Shown here: positions 55,333 to 64,000 of the stretch, one piece after another
Position numbering within the stretch: the stretch's first letter is position 1
Layout: every line of letters begins with the position of its first letter
Assembly: GCA_965214605.1 (NCBI GenBank)
Contig: OZ243961.1
Coordinates: 4,248,129 to 4,312,128 of the forward strand
Source: an uncultured Candidatus Binatia bacterium
Lineage (GTDB): Bacteria; Desulfobacterota; Binatia; Bin18
Direction: 5' to 3'
DNA: 64,000 nt
Made by a program: the position numbers and the translations under genes
The notes under the pieces: generated by a model
Databases searched by the model: none
What the model was told of the DNA's origin: nothing
Seen by the model: the letters and a program-made list of their open reading frames with translations, nothing else

Positions 55333-56250
55333 CAGCAATTCTCATTTTGGCCTGCCCTGCCTCCAGAGGCCTATTGGGTTTAGGCTGGGGAGTTGAAGGG
55401 GGCTTGCCATCAGAGGACGAGCGGGGTCTCTCGTTGCGGGCCCTGGGATACCCGTGGTTTCGGATCAAAGGCCGCGGCGGGGGGCTGTGGCAGGAAGCGC
55501 CGTGAAGGCTCTTGAGCGCCTTCTCGACCGGCGGCGGGAGGGCTGCCGGGTGGCCGGCCCCGGGCCGCGGCCTCACCTGCCAGTCCGCCATGCCGGCCAT
55601 CGCCTTAGCGGCGCTGTCGGTGTTCTTCCCGCCGTCTCCTTCGTTCCCCGCCCCCCAGCGGGCGTGGGAGCACAGCCGCGCTTCCACGCCCACGGCCCGC
55701 CCCGTCTCTCCTCCGCCCCCCACCTCCGGCCCCCTTCGCCGGGCCGTTTCCCACCCTCGTCGAGGCTCTTGGTGCGCCCCTGCGCCAGCTTGACGCCCGC
55801 CTGCTGCTTGCCATGGCCGGCCCGGAGTTCTTTCACCCGCGTACTATCCCCTGCCCGCCCCGCCAGCGGCCCCGAACTCGTGTCCCCGAGGCTCGCGGCC
55901 CTCCTCGTGGCGTCAGGCCCCCCTCGCATGCTGCCGTTGCCTGCGGAGTTCAGCCCGCCCCGTGCCGGCGCCGCTAAGCAGGTCTGCGAGCGCGAAGCGG
56001 TTAAGCGCCACGGTCCCGGCTCCGCCCCATGGCGGCCGGTCTCCCTCGGTGCCGCCCGCGCCGCCGGCCAGCCCGTCTGCCCAGCACGGCTCGCCAGCGG
56101 CGCCTTCCTGCTCCCCGCCAAGCCGTCCCGCCCCAAGCCCCTCTCCGAGTCCTGCGCTGGCCTCCGCCTGCCATCCCCGCTCCGGTCCACAGCCACGGAG
56201 CCGCAAGCAACCCGAAATAAAACAGCAAATAGTCAAAAGGAGAATTGCTG
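55333..56250 (-). mobile_element. Degenerate 918-bp IS relic with TIRs
   Basis: CAGCAATTCTCATTTTG ... CAAAAGGAGAATTGCTG inverted termini; flanks CTGCCG/CTGCAG (5/6 TSD); decayed RWxxxNEG DDE-like motif on the minus strand. Confidence 0.75.
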
Positions 56251-56440
56251 CTGCAGTCGTGAGGGTTAGGAAAAAGCCGGCGCCCTCCCCGGTGAGGGCA
56301 TGGCCATACATCCGATTTCGATATGGACGGCATTGCGGCAGATTGCGTATAGAGCCGACGAAGAAAATGGGAGGATGTCGGAGAGAGCGTCATTACGGCC
56401 GGACTCTTTTCGCGTTTCCCTGCCGCCCGCCGTCCCTTGA

Positions 56441-56456
56441 TGGCCCACCTTTTGCT
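56441..56456 (+). promoter_or_regulatory. sigma54 promoter for usp (and possibly the kinase)
   Basis: TGGCCCACCTTTTGCT, near consensus. Confidence 0.8.
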
Positions 56457-56494
56457 TACTAAAGCAACTCCCGTGGATGAGAAAAGGAAGAGCT

Positions 56495-56950
56495 ATGCGG
56501 ATAAGAAAGATACTGGTTCCCTACGATTTTTCTCTGCATTCTAAATACGCCTTAGACTGGGCAATCGAACTGGCCGAGAAATGGCAGGCAAGGGTTGTAT
56601 TGGTGCAGATCGTCCATATCTTGCCGCGGGTCGTCGATATCCACACCGATGTCTACGCCCGTGTTGAACAGAATCAGCTTGCCGCCGCCCAAAAGAGCCT
56701 TGAAGCGGTGTGTGCCGAGAAAACAGAGGGCTCGCCGATAATACTCGACTGCCACGTCCGGCGGGGTGTTCCGTTTCAAGCGGTTTGTGACGAGGCGGAA
56801 GCACAAAAAGCAGACCTGATCGTGATGGGTTCACACGGTCGAACCGGACTCTCCCACGTGTTTATCGGGAGTGTTGCTGAACGGGTGATACGCCATGCTC
56901 CGTGTCCAGTGCTTGTGACAAAGTTCCTAGACCAACCCGATCCATCATGA
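56495..56950 (+). CDS. Universal stress protein
   Basis: ILVPYDFS, DLIVMGSHGRTG..GSVAERVIRHAPCPVLV. Confidence 0.95.
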   Translation: MRIRKILVPYDFSLHSKYALDWAIELAEKWQARVVLVQIVHILPRVVDIHTDVYARVEQNQLAAAQKSLEAVCAEKTEGSPIILDCHVRRGVPFQAVCDEAEAQKADLIVMGSHGRTGLSHVFIGSVAERVIRHAPCPVLVTKFLDQPDPS

Positions 56951-57108
56951 GTACTCAAAACTTTCCCGTCCTCTCCGGGGCAGACGAAAAACGGCAAGAG
57001 GCCGGCCAAGATCAAAAGAGAACTCCGCCGCACGGAGAAGAAGAAGCGGGCCAACACAAGCTTGACAGGAGGTGATGCATTGGAAAGGGTTGGCGGTCGG
57101 GGAATCTG

Positions 57109-58875
57109 ATGGGAGAGCCGGTCCGGCTGGAGAAAATCGTCGAGCAATTGATTGAGCAGTATACTCGAGCGGTCAAGGAGGCTTTGGCTGTGGGAGAAAC
57201 GGCCTCACTCGCTGAGGAGTACGTCGAGATCTTGTTCGAGCAGCTGAATCAGCAGTTAGAGCGACAGATTTCGGCCGTAACACAAGACTTACGGCGGGCC
57301 GAGACAGAGCTCCAAACGCGGGCACGCCAGCAGGCAGTCGTGGCCGAACTTGGGCAACGTGCGCTTGCTGGAGCAGATCTGGCGGTCCTGATGGACGAGG
57401 TTTGCCGTCACGTGGCAACGACTCTGGACGTGCCGTACTGCAAGGTCCTCGAACGACTGCCGGACGGCACGGGACTGCGTCTGTGCTCGGGCGTGGGCTG
57501 GAAAGAAGGGCTCGTCGGTCGGACGATCGTCGGTACGGGGCCTGACTCCCAAGCCGGCTATACGCTTCGTTTCAGCGAGCCGCTTATTGTTGAGGATCTG
57601 AGGACCGAGACCCGCTTTAACGGACCAGATTTGCTGCACGAGCACGGTATCATTAGTGGCATCAGCGTCATCATTCCAGGCCGGCCGCAGCCGTTTGGGG
57701 TTTTGGGGGCGTACACTTCAACACGGCGACACTTTAGCCGTGACGATATTTATTTTCTCCAAGCGGTGGCCAACATGCTGGCTGAGGCGGTCGCACGTAA
57801 ACGGGCGGAAGCCTGGTTACAGAGTTTAATCCAAACGACCCAAGATGCGGTGATCTCTATTGACCGCCAGGGGCGTATCGTCCTGTTCAACCCCTCAGCC
57901 GAGCGCATGTTTGGCTATAGCCAGGCTGAGATCATCGGGCAGAAGGTGAACATCTTAATGGCAGAGCCGTATGCGGGGAAGCATGATGGCTATATCGAGC
58001 GCTACGAACGGACAGGTGAGGCGCGGGCGATTGGTCGTATCCGCAACGTGGAGGCGAAACGCAAGACCGGAGAACTCTTTCCTATTGAGCTGTCTGTTAC
58101 GGCGGCCCGGAGTGAGACTGAGGTCCGCTACAGCGCTTTTATCCGTGATATTTCTGAGAAAGTACAGCTCCAGGAAGGCCTACTTGAGCGGGAGCATTTG
58201 GCCGCTATTGGGACGACCGCCGCGGCGTTTGCCCACGAGGTCGGGAATCCCCTGAACAGCATGTCCTTGACCGCCCAAATTCTGGAACGGCGGCTGGTCA
58301 AGCGGTCAGAGCCGGTAGAGGAGAATGTCCTCGCGCCGCTGCGTACCTTGATGGGTGAGGTGCGCCGTCTGTCCCTGCTACTGGATGAATTCCGGATGCT
58401 CGCCCGTCGGCAAGTGCTGGAGTGCCACCCTTTACAACTCGCTCAGCTGATCGCAGATGTTCTGACGATCGAAGCCCCGGGCTTCGCAGCAGCCGGGGTG
58501 CAGATCAGACAACACCTGCCGCCGGACTTGCCCCTCATCTCTGCGGATAGCGAAAAACTGAAACAAGCTCTGCTGAATGTATGTAAAAATGCGCTGGAAG
58601 CCATGCCCAAAGGAGGTATCCTGTCCGTGAGCATAACCCGCATGGGCTCCCAACTGCGCCTGGACGTCAGCGACACTGGTGTTGGCATCCCGGAAGGGAT
58701 TAACATCTTTGAGTCGTTTGTAACGACCAAGGCGCAGGGGACGGGGCTCGGCTTGACGATTACCCGTCAAATCCTTGCCGCCCACGGTGGCTCCTTGACC
58801 TATCAGAGTATACCTGGCCAAGGGACAAAATTTGCATTGACCCTTCCAATTATCCAGCCTGCTTCTGACCGCTAA
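57109..58875 (+). CDS. GAF + FixL-like heme-PAS sensor histidine kinase
   Basis: NILMAEPYAGKHDGYIERYERTGEARAIG (FixL heme-His region), AHEVGNPL, NALEA, DTGVG, GTGLGL. Confidence 0.9.
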   Translation: MGEPVRLEKIVEQLIEQYTRAVKEALAVGETASLAEEYVEILFEQLNQQLERQISAVTQDLRRAETELQTRARQQAVVAELGQRALAGADLAVLMDEVCRHVATTLDVPYCKVLERLPDGTGLRLCSGVGWKEGLVGRTIVGTGPDSQAGYTLRFSEPLIVEDLRTETRFNGPDLLHEHGIISGISVIIPGRPQPFGVLGAYTSTRRHFSRDDIYFLQAVANMLAEAVARKRAEAWLQSLIQTTQDAVISIDRQGRIVLFNPSAERMFGYSQAEIIGQKVNILMAEPYAGKHDGYIERYERTGEARAIGRIRNVEAKRKTGELFPIELSVTAARSETEVRYSAFIRDISEKVQLQEGLLEREHLAAIGTTAAAFAHEVGNPLNSMSLTAQILERRLVKRSEPVEENVLAPLRTLMGEVRRLSLLLDEFRMLARRQVLECHPLQLAQLIADVLTIEAPGFAAAGVQIRQHLPPDLPLISADSEKLKQALLNVCKNALEAMPKGGILSVSITRMGSQLRLDVSDTGVGIPEGINIFESFVTTKAQGTGLGLTITRQILAAHGGSLTYQSIPGQGTKFALTLPIIQPASDR

Positions 58876-58898
58876 GCGATCTTCAGACTCCGAATTGT

Positions 58899-59354
58899 TT
58901 ATGAATGGGCTTCGATCTCCACCTTTTTACTCGTCATCTCTTTGGGGGTCGGCATCGTGATGTGCAATACCCCGTCCCTGTAACGAGCTTTGACCTGTTC
59001 GGCCTCAACCCCGTCGGGCAGCGTCATAATCCGGGAGAACTTTCCGTAGCCGACTTCCTGATGGATGTAGTCATCCTCTTCTTTCTTTCCCTCCTGCTTG
59101 CGTTCTCCCTTAATGTTGAGCTGATTTTCAGTCACCGAAATCGACACCTCCCGAGGGTCAATCCCCGGCAGGGCTGCCTTGATAACGATAGTGCCGTTGC
59201 TCATACGGCTCTCAACCTCCGGCGTCCAGATCTCTGCATTCCACACCGGCCGCTCGCGCTCCCAGGGACCAAAGCAATGTTCGAACATGTCCTCCACGCG
59301 TCGTTGCATGGCACCCATTTCACGCAGCGGTTTCCACGGGATTAATGATCGCAT
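58899..59354 (-). CDS. Hsp20/alpha-crystallin small heat-shock protein
   Basis: LPGID, IKGERK, YGKFSR..LP, ARYRDGVLHITMP. Confidence 0.95.
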   Translation of the reverse strand: MRSLIPWKPLREMGAMQRRVEDMFEHCFGPWERERPVWNAEIWTPEVESRMSNGTIVIKAALPGIDPREVSISVTENQLNIKGERKQEGKKEEDDYIHQEVGYGKFSRIMTLPDGVEAEQVKARYRDGVLHITMPTPKEMTSKKVEIEAHS

Positions 59355-59385
59355 AGTCCTAAGTAAACTGCTATTAAGGAAAACC

Positions 59386-59401
59386 GGCAAGAAGCTTGCC
59401 G
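59386..59401 (-). promoter_or_regulatory. sigma54 promoter for hsp20
   Basis: CGGCAAGCTTCTTGCC (GG-N10-GC), within a palindrome. Confidence 0.55.
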
Positions 59402-59463
59402 GTTGCCGCTATACCGAACAGGCGTCTTTTTCTCGGGATATGATGCTCTGCGGGGTTTGCCGA

Positions 59464-59511
59464 TTCCTACTTATAGAATTTTTTCTCGGCAGATCTTCCT
59501 AGCTTTAAGAA
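59464..59511. promoter_or_regulatory. Tandem palindromic enhancer-like sites
   Basis: TTCCTA-CTTA-TAGAAT (59464-79) and TTCCTA-GCTT-TAAGAA (59496-511). Confidence 0.55.
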
Positions 59512-60083
59512 CCTTTGAGATTGCGAAAGTGTCCCGGGGCTGGGCGGACGACCTCGAACCAGCGGTATCTCGGCCACGGCCTAGACGGATCAGGCAAGTT
59601 GGTGACCGAACGCAGCTCCGACCCGTACCCAGGTGAGGCAGCGTATGAAGCCCTGAGCCGGGGGTAAGGAAGAGCCAAAGGCTGAGGGCTCGCTTATCTG
59701 TTCCGACCGCGAGATCCAGCCGAAGAGCCGACTCTGGCCGAAATATGTGAGGACCCCGACTGTGGCTTGGTGTGGGCGCTTGGGATCCCGTTGAGCACGC
59801 GCTCGCTTTACCACACGCTGGAGATCACGGGGATGCAGGTGCCTATTGGGGTCGGAACCGCACTGCAACTTTGGCCTTCACGGCCAAATCCCCCGGGACT
59901 CTCTTGAAGAGTTCAGCAGCGGGGGGTGGCAAGCCCTGTCTTTGCGGGACAAGAGCTTTGGCGAGGATCGGGAGCGTCTCAAGGAAAAATTCGTCGCCTG
60001 GGGCTTGAATAAAGGGAATCGATTCCACTATTTTTCCTGGGAACATCCGACACGGGAAGACTGCAGAATGAAGGAGGAACGTC

Positions 60084-60800
60084 ATGAGAACCGAAACGGT
60101 TGAATACAAAGACGGCGACGTCACCCTAAAGGGATATTTGGCTCTGGACGATCAGAGCGACCACAAGCGGCCCGGTATTTTGGTTATGCCCGAAGCGTTT
60201 GGTTTGGGAGAGCACGCCAAGGAGCGCGCCCTTCGGCTGGCGTCCTTGGGCTATGTCGCCTTGGCCGGTGATCCGTATGGCGACGGCCTTGAGGTCGACG
60301 ATTTGCAGGAAGCCGTCAAGCACGCGGGCGCCATACGTGAAACTGCAGAAAAGTTCCGTCAGCGGGGTCGGGTGGCCCTTGATACGCTGGCTGCGCTCCC
60401 CCAGGTCGATAGTGATCGCTTGGCCATGATTGGCTTTTGTATGGGTGGGTCCTTCTCAATCGAGTTGGCCCGTGACGGCGCTCCGCTGCGCGGTATTGTG
60501 TCTTTTCACGGCGCGCTCGAAACAAACGCACCTGCCCAGGCCGGGCAGGTCAAAGCCAAGATCCTGGTCTGTCACGGCGCTGATGATCCGTTCGTGCCGC
60601 CCGAACACGTCAACGCCTTTCAGCAGGAAATGACCGAGGCTGGGGCGGATTGGCAGGTGATCAGCTACGGCCGGACCGTCCATAGCTTTACCAACCCAAA
60701 CGCGGCCAATGCGGGTATGGACGGCATTGCCTACAACGAACAGACGGATAGGCGCTCGTGGCGGGCGATGCGGGATTTCTTTGACGAGATTTTTGCTTAG
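60084..60800 (+). CDS. Dienelactone hydrolase family protein
   Basis: GFCMGG, SFHG, HGADD, HSFTNP. Confidence 0.93.
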   Translation: MRTETVEYKDGDVTLKGYLALDDQSDHKRPGILVMPEAFGLGEHAKERALRLASLGYVALAGDPYGDGLEVDDLQEAVKHAGAIRETAEKFRQRGRVALDTLAALPQVDSDRLAMIGFCMGGSFSIELARDGAPLRGIVSFHGALETNAPAQAGQVKAKILVCHGADDPFVPPEHVNAFQQEMTEAGADWQVISYGRTVHSFTNPNAANAGMDGIAYNEQTDRRSWRAMRDFFDEIFA

Positions 60801-60895
60801 CCGGCTGGCTGCGAGCCGGCCGCCTGCCAACCACCCTCTTTTGCTAGCTGGGCGAGGGCATCTTTGACCGCCCGGCGATTGGTCGGGTCGTGTGG

Positions 60896-62167
60896 CTAAT
60901 TGATCACCGGCCCGGGCGTAAACGCGCACGGCAGGCGTTTGATGCCGTGGACAAAATTATTCTTTAGTCGTTCCGGCTCGCCGGTCACGCGAAGATCCGG
61001 CATCCGCTGAAACAATTCGCGGAACATGACCTCCATTTCTCGACGGGCCAGATTGGCCCCGAGGCAAAAGTGTCGACCCGCACCAAAGCCGACGTGTTCA
61101 TTTTTTTTGCGGCTGATATCGAAAGTGTCGGGATTGTCAAAGACCGTCTCGTCCCGGTTGGCCGAGGTGTAGTACAGGACAACTTTCTCACCCTCACGGA
61201 GCTGCCGGCCACCTAGCTCGGTCTCACACACGGTGGTCCGACGCATATAAATCACCGGGCTGGCGTAGCGTACGATTTCTTCAATGGCGGTCTTGTAATA
61301 CGCCTCAAAATCCGACTGCCACAGCCGGCGTTGGTCCGGGTGTTCGTCCAACAGCCTGATACCGTGGGCAATAGCGTTCCGGGTGGTTTCGTTGCCGGCG
61401 GCGGTCAGCAAGACAAAAAACGAGCCAAGCTCCTCGACCGTGAGCCGGTCACCGTCTAGTTCGGCGTGGACGAGGACCGAGGTTAGGTCGTCGCTGGGCC
61501 GGCGTAGGCGCTCTTTGCGCATTTCATCCATCAGCTGGAACAGATCGCGAGCGGCCTGAATATTGGCCGCAAAGCGTTCGAACAGATCTTGCGGACCGTA
61601 CTCGGGGTCTGCTCCGCTGAGCAGGATATTCGTGCGCTCAAAAACAAAGTCGTGTTCACTTGGCGGAATGCCCAGCATGCTGCAGATGATTTGAATGGGG
61701 AACGGGGCGGCGATGTCGGTCACAAAATCACAGCTGCCCTTCTCAATCACGGCATTGACTACCCGCCGGGCGGTCGATTCCACCTCTTGGCTTACCTTGC
61801 GGAGATGACGTGGGGTGAAAGCCTGGGAGACCAGACCGCGCAGACGTTTGTGACGCGGGTCGTCCATGACGATCATGGAACCGAACACGTCGCGGGTATC
61901 CGGAGGGATGTCGGCGATGACAATGCCTTGGGCCGAGGAAAAAATTTGTGGGTTCAAGCTCGCCCGCAAGACATCGGCGTGACGCGTCACCGCCCAATAT
62001 CCGGGCCCCGGTATCAGACTGGTCTCACCCTCTTCAAAAAAAGCGACGGGATGATGTTGACGCAGGAAGGCGAACGCCGCGTCCCGCTCTTCAAGTGGCT
62101 TGAGCCAAAAATCCCAGTCGGACAGCTTGATGTCATCAAGGGACTGCGGGTAGTCGTGCTGTTGCAT
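60896..62167 (-). CDS. Cytochrome P450 (CYP124/125-like)
   Basis: AGNETT, EEIVR, FGAGRHFCLG. Confidence 0.95.
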   Translation of the reverse strand: MQQHDYPQSLDDIKLSDWDFWLKPLEERDAAFAFLRQHHPVAFFEEGETSLIPGPGYWAVTRHADVLRASLNPQIFSSAQGIVIADIPPDTRDVFGSMIVMDDPRHKRLRGLVSQAFTPRHLRKVSQEVESTARRVVNAVIEKGSCDFVTDIAAPFPIQIICSMLGIPPSEHDFVFERTNILLSGADPEYGPQDLFERFAANIQAARDLFQLMDEMRKERLRRPSDDLTSVLVHAELDGDRLTVEELGSFFVLLTAAGNETTRNAIAHGIRLLDEHPDQRRLWQSDFEAYYKTAIEEIVRYASPVIYMRRTTVCETELGGRQLREGEKVVLYYTSANRDETVFDNPDTFDISRKKNEHVGFGAGRHFCLGANLARREMEVMFRELFQRMPDLRVTGEPERLKNNFVHGIKRLPCAFTPGPVIN

Positions 62168-62275
62168 AATGGTCTACTCCTCTCCGGCTAGGCCTCTTTA
62201 GCAAAAAAGGCGTCGACGGCTTGATCGTAGCATATTACCTCTTCTATAAAAATGCTGAATGAAGGAGGACGGCGT

Positions 62276-62827
62276 ATGAAACTGTCACAACCTCGTATTG
62301 AGCCCTTAACTGAAGCGGAGTGGACCGACGAACAACGCGAGACGTTGGAGCCCCGCCACAGAGAAGGTGTTGTCTACAATGTCATCGGCACCTTGGCTCG
62401 ACACTGGGAGGCGGCCAAGAAGTTTAACGTGTGGGCTTTTCACGTCATGGGCGATACCCAGACCCTCGCTCCCCGCGAACGGGAACTGTTGATTTTGCGG
62501 ATCGGCTGGCTGTGTCAGGCCGAGTATGAGTGGGGTCAGCATGTGCTGTTTGGCCGCCAGGCGGGCCTCAACGATGAAGAGATCGCTCGGATCAAACACG
62601 GCCCCGACGATCCGGCCTGGGATCCGTTTGATGCCAGCCTGCTGCGCGCTGCCGATGAGCTGCACGCCGAGGCGTTGATCAGCGACGCCACCTGGGCGGC
62701 CCTAAGCCAGCGCTATACCACCCAACAATTGATGGATGTGGTGTTTACCGTTGGTCAGTACAATCTGGTGTCAATGGCCCTCAACACGTTTGGCGTACAG
62801 CTGGACAAGGGGGTCAAGGGGTTCTAA
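62276..62827 (+). CDS. Carboxymuconolactone decarboxylase/AhpD family protein
   Basis: RERELLILR..YEWGQH..GQYNLVS. Confidence 0.9.
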   Translation: MKLSQPRIEPLTEAEWTDEQRETLEPRHREGVVYNVIGTLARHWEAAKKFNVWAFHVMGDTQTLAPRERELLILRIGWLCQAEYEWGQHVLFGRQAGLNDEEIARIKHGPDDPAWDPFDASLLRAADELHAEALISDATWAALSQRYTTQQLMDVVFTVGQYNLVSMALNTFGVQLDKGVKGF

Positions 62828-62833
62828 AGCGGT

Positions 62834-64000
62834 CTAAATATCGTCTAGGGGGAACACTGGCCGCCGGATCTTTTTATACGGCAGACGTGACAGGATTTGG
62901 GTGGCCAGACCGGGCGTATCCACGTCGATAATCTTGGCGGCAATACCGGCAAAGCCGGCGCGGTGCTGCATTTCGGCTTTGCAGGCCAAAATCCTGCGCT
63001 CGGTTGGCTCAATACCCAGGCTGCGAAAGTGGTTGGGTTCGAATACCAGCACCGGACGCGAGGTCAGAATAACCTCGGTCCCGCCGCAGTCGACGACCAC
63101 GGTTGGTCCACGGTCAAAGGTCATCGAGATAAAGGCGGTGCCGGTGGTGAAGACGCCCTCATGGATGGAGCGTACCCGGCCATGAATCTCGACCGGGTCC
63201 CCGTGAAACCTATCTGCCTTACCGCCAACGCTGAGAGTGACGCTCTTGCCAATACCGGCCTGTATGGCCATTTGGACGGCCTCGGCATCGGCAATATTGC
63301 CGATCACTGCGCCCGTGGCACCCTGTTTGAGGAACTCTGCCAAAATCGCCGTGCCGTCACCCGGCGTACCAGCCCCACCGCTGTCGGCCAGGTCGCCCAG
63401 GATGACGGGACCGCTCTCGGTTGCAATCGCCTCGCGGACGGCCTCTTCAACCGACACCATGTCGGTATGAAACGACTGCCGCTTGGCCCAACACGCCTCT
63501 TTGACCTGTTCGGCGATATCCTGAGCCAGGTTTGGCTCCCGGTCTGTCGTGACCACAACACTCATGCCCGTATGTGGAATCTCTGAGCAGAAAAATCCCT
63601 CGAGCAGTGACACATCCAGAACACGCGGGTCGCTAGTGGCCAGATTCTGAGCTTGGCGCATCAGATGTTCCATCGGCCAGCCGGGCGCAATATAGAGTTT
63701 CTGCAGGGCGGGGGCCATGGCCGGTTGGGCACGGACGGAGACCGGAGACAGGCTCGCCTCAAACATCCCGGCCATCACCTGAGCCGCCTTTCGGCCGACC
63801 GGAACAAAGTCGTAGTGCGGGTTGGTCTTGACGCCGATCAACATATCGGTCTGTTCGACCATCAGCGGGGTGACATTGGCATGGCCGTCCAAGGAGGCTA
63901 TGATCGCGACCTTCTCGCCCGTCGTCTCTCGTATAGCGGCCAGCAGATCGCCCTCACAGTCGTCAAGATGATCGGCCGCGCCGGTCCCGTGGAGTTGGAC
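62834..64000 (-). CDS. M81/MlrC metallopeptidase (5' partial)
   Basis: LHG..EGDLL, DGHAN, TNPHYD, DSGGAG.PGD. Confidence 0.88.
   Translation of the reverse strand, partial: VQLHGTGAADHLDDCEGDLLAAIRETTGEKVAIIASLDGHANVTPLMVEQTDMLIGVKTNPHYDFVPVGRKAAQVMAGMFEASLSPVSVRAQPAMAPALQKLYIAPGWPMEHLMRQAQNLATSDPRVLDVSLLEGFFCSEIPHTGMSVVVTTDREPNLAQDIAEQVKEACWAKRQSFHTDMVSVEEAVREAIATESGPVILGDLADSGGAGTPGDGTAILAEFLKQGATGAVIGNIADAEAVQMAIQAGIGKSVTLSVGGKADRFHGDPVEIHGRVRSIHEGVFTTGTAFISMTFDRGPTVVVDCGGTEVILTSRPVLVFEPNHFRSLGIEPTERRILACKAEMQHRAGFAGIAAKIIDVDTPGLATQILSRLPYKKIRRPVFPLDDI

Noticed and set aside
55454-56462. Several long GC-rich ORFs
   Set aside because: Stop-poor frames in the degenerate IS; low-complexity P/A/R/G translations.
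59560-60010. Possible degraded gene between hsp20 and DLH
   Set aside because: Protein-like patches are interrupted by stops and no family is recognisable.

Overview
GC-rich bacterial window. The gene content (many LLM oxidoreductases, amidohydrolases, BVMOs, a DUF1329-like protein, a secreted ankyrin protein) resembles uncultured Binatia/Tectomicrobia-type, possibly sponge-associated, bacteria; this is inference only. There are three zones. (1) ~2.1-22.7 kb is a decayed defence/mobile-element island. It holds a Hachiman/AbpAB-like nuclease+helicase pair whose nuclease is split by a 1.14-kb insert, an intact AbiE toxin-antitoxin pair, a frameshifted GmrSD-type gene, and a patchwork of fragments (C5 MTase, SNF2, DUF1156, TIR, type ISP RM, TraD, IS1634, HigBA, PIN). 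(2) ~22.7-49.5 kb is catabolic: BVMOs, SDRs, amidohydrolases, LLMs and an HpaB-FAH-extradiol dioxygenase cluster. (3) ~49.6-59.5 kb is a hypoxia/dormancy-like cluster with a FixL-type PAS kinase, a sigma54 activator, four -24/-12 promoters and a shared palindromic enhancer motif; DLH, P450, CMD and MlrC genes follow. The two most striking observations are: (a) two unrelated 36-bp direct duplications flanking 30- and 34-bp unique inserts, the geometry expected of ectopic Cas1-Cas2 spacer integration; and (b) the insert in the nuclease gene, which reads as a circularly permuted ~1137-bp three-gene mini-circle with no integrase, Rep or transposase.
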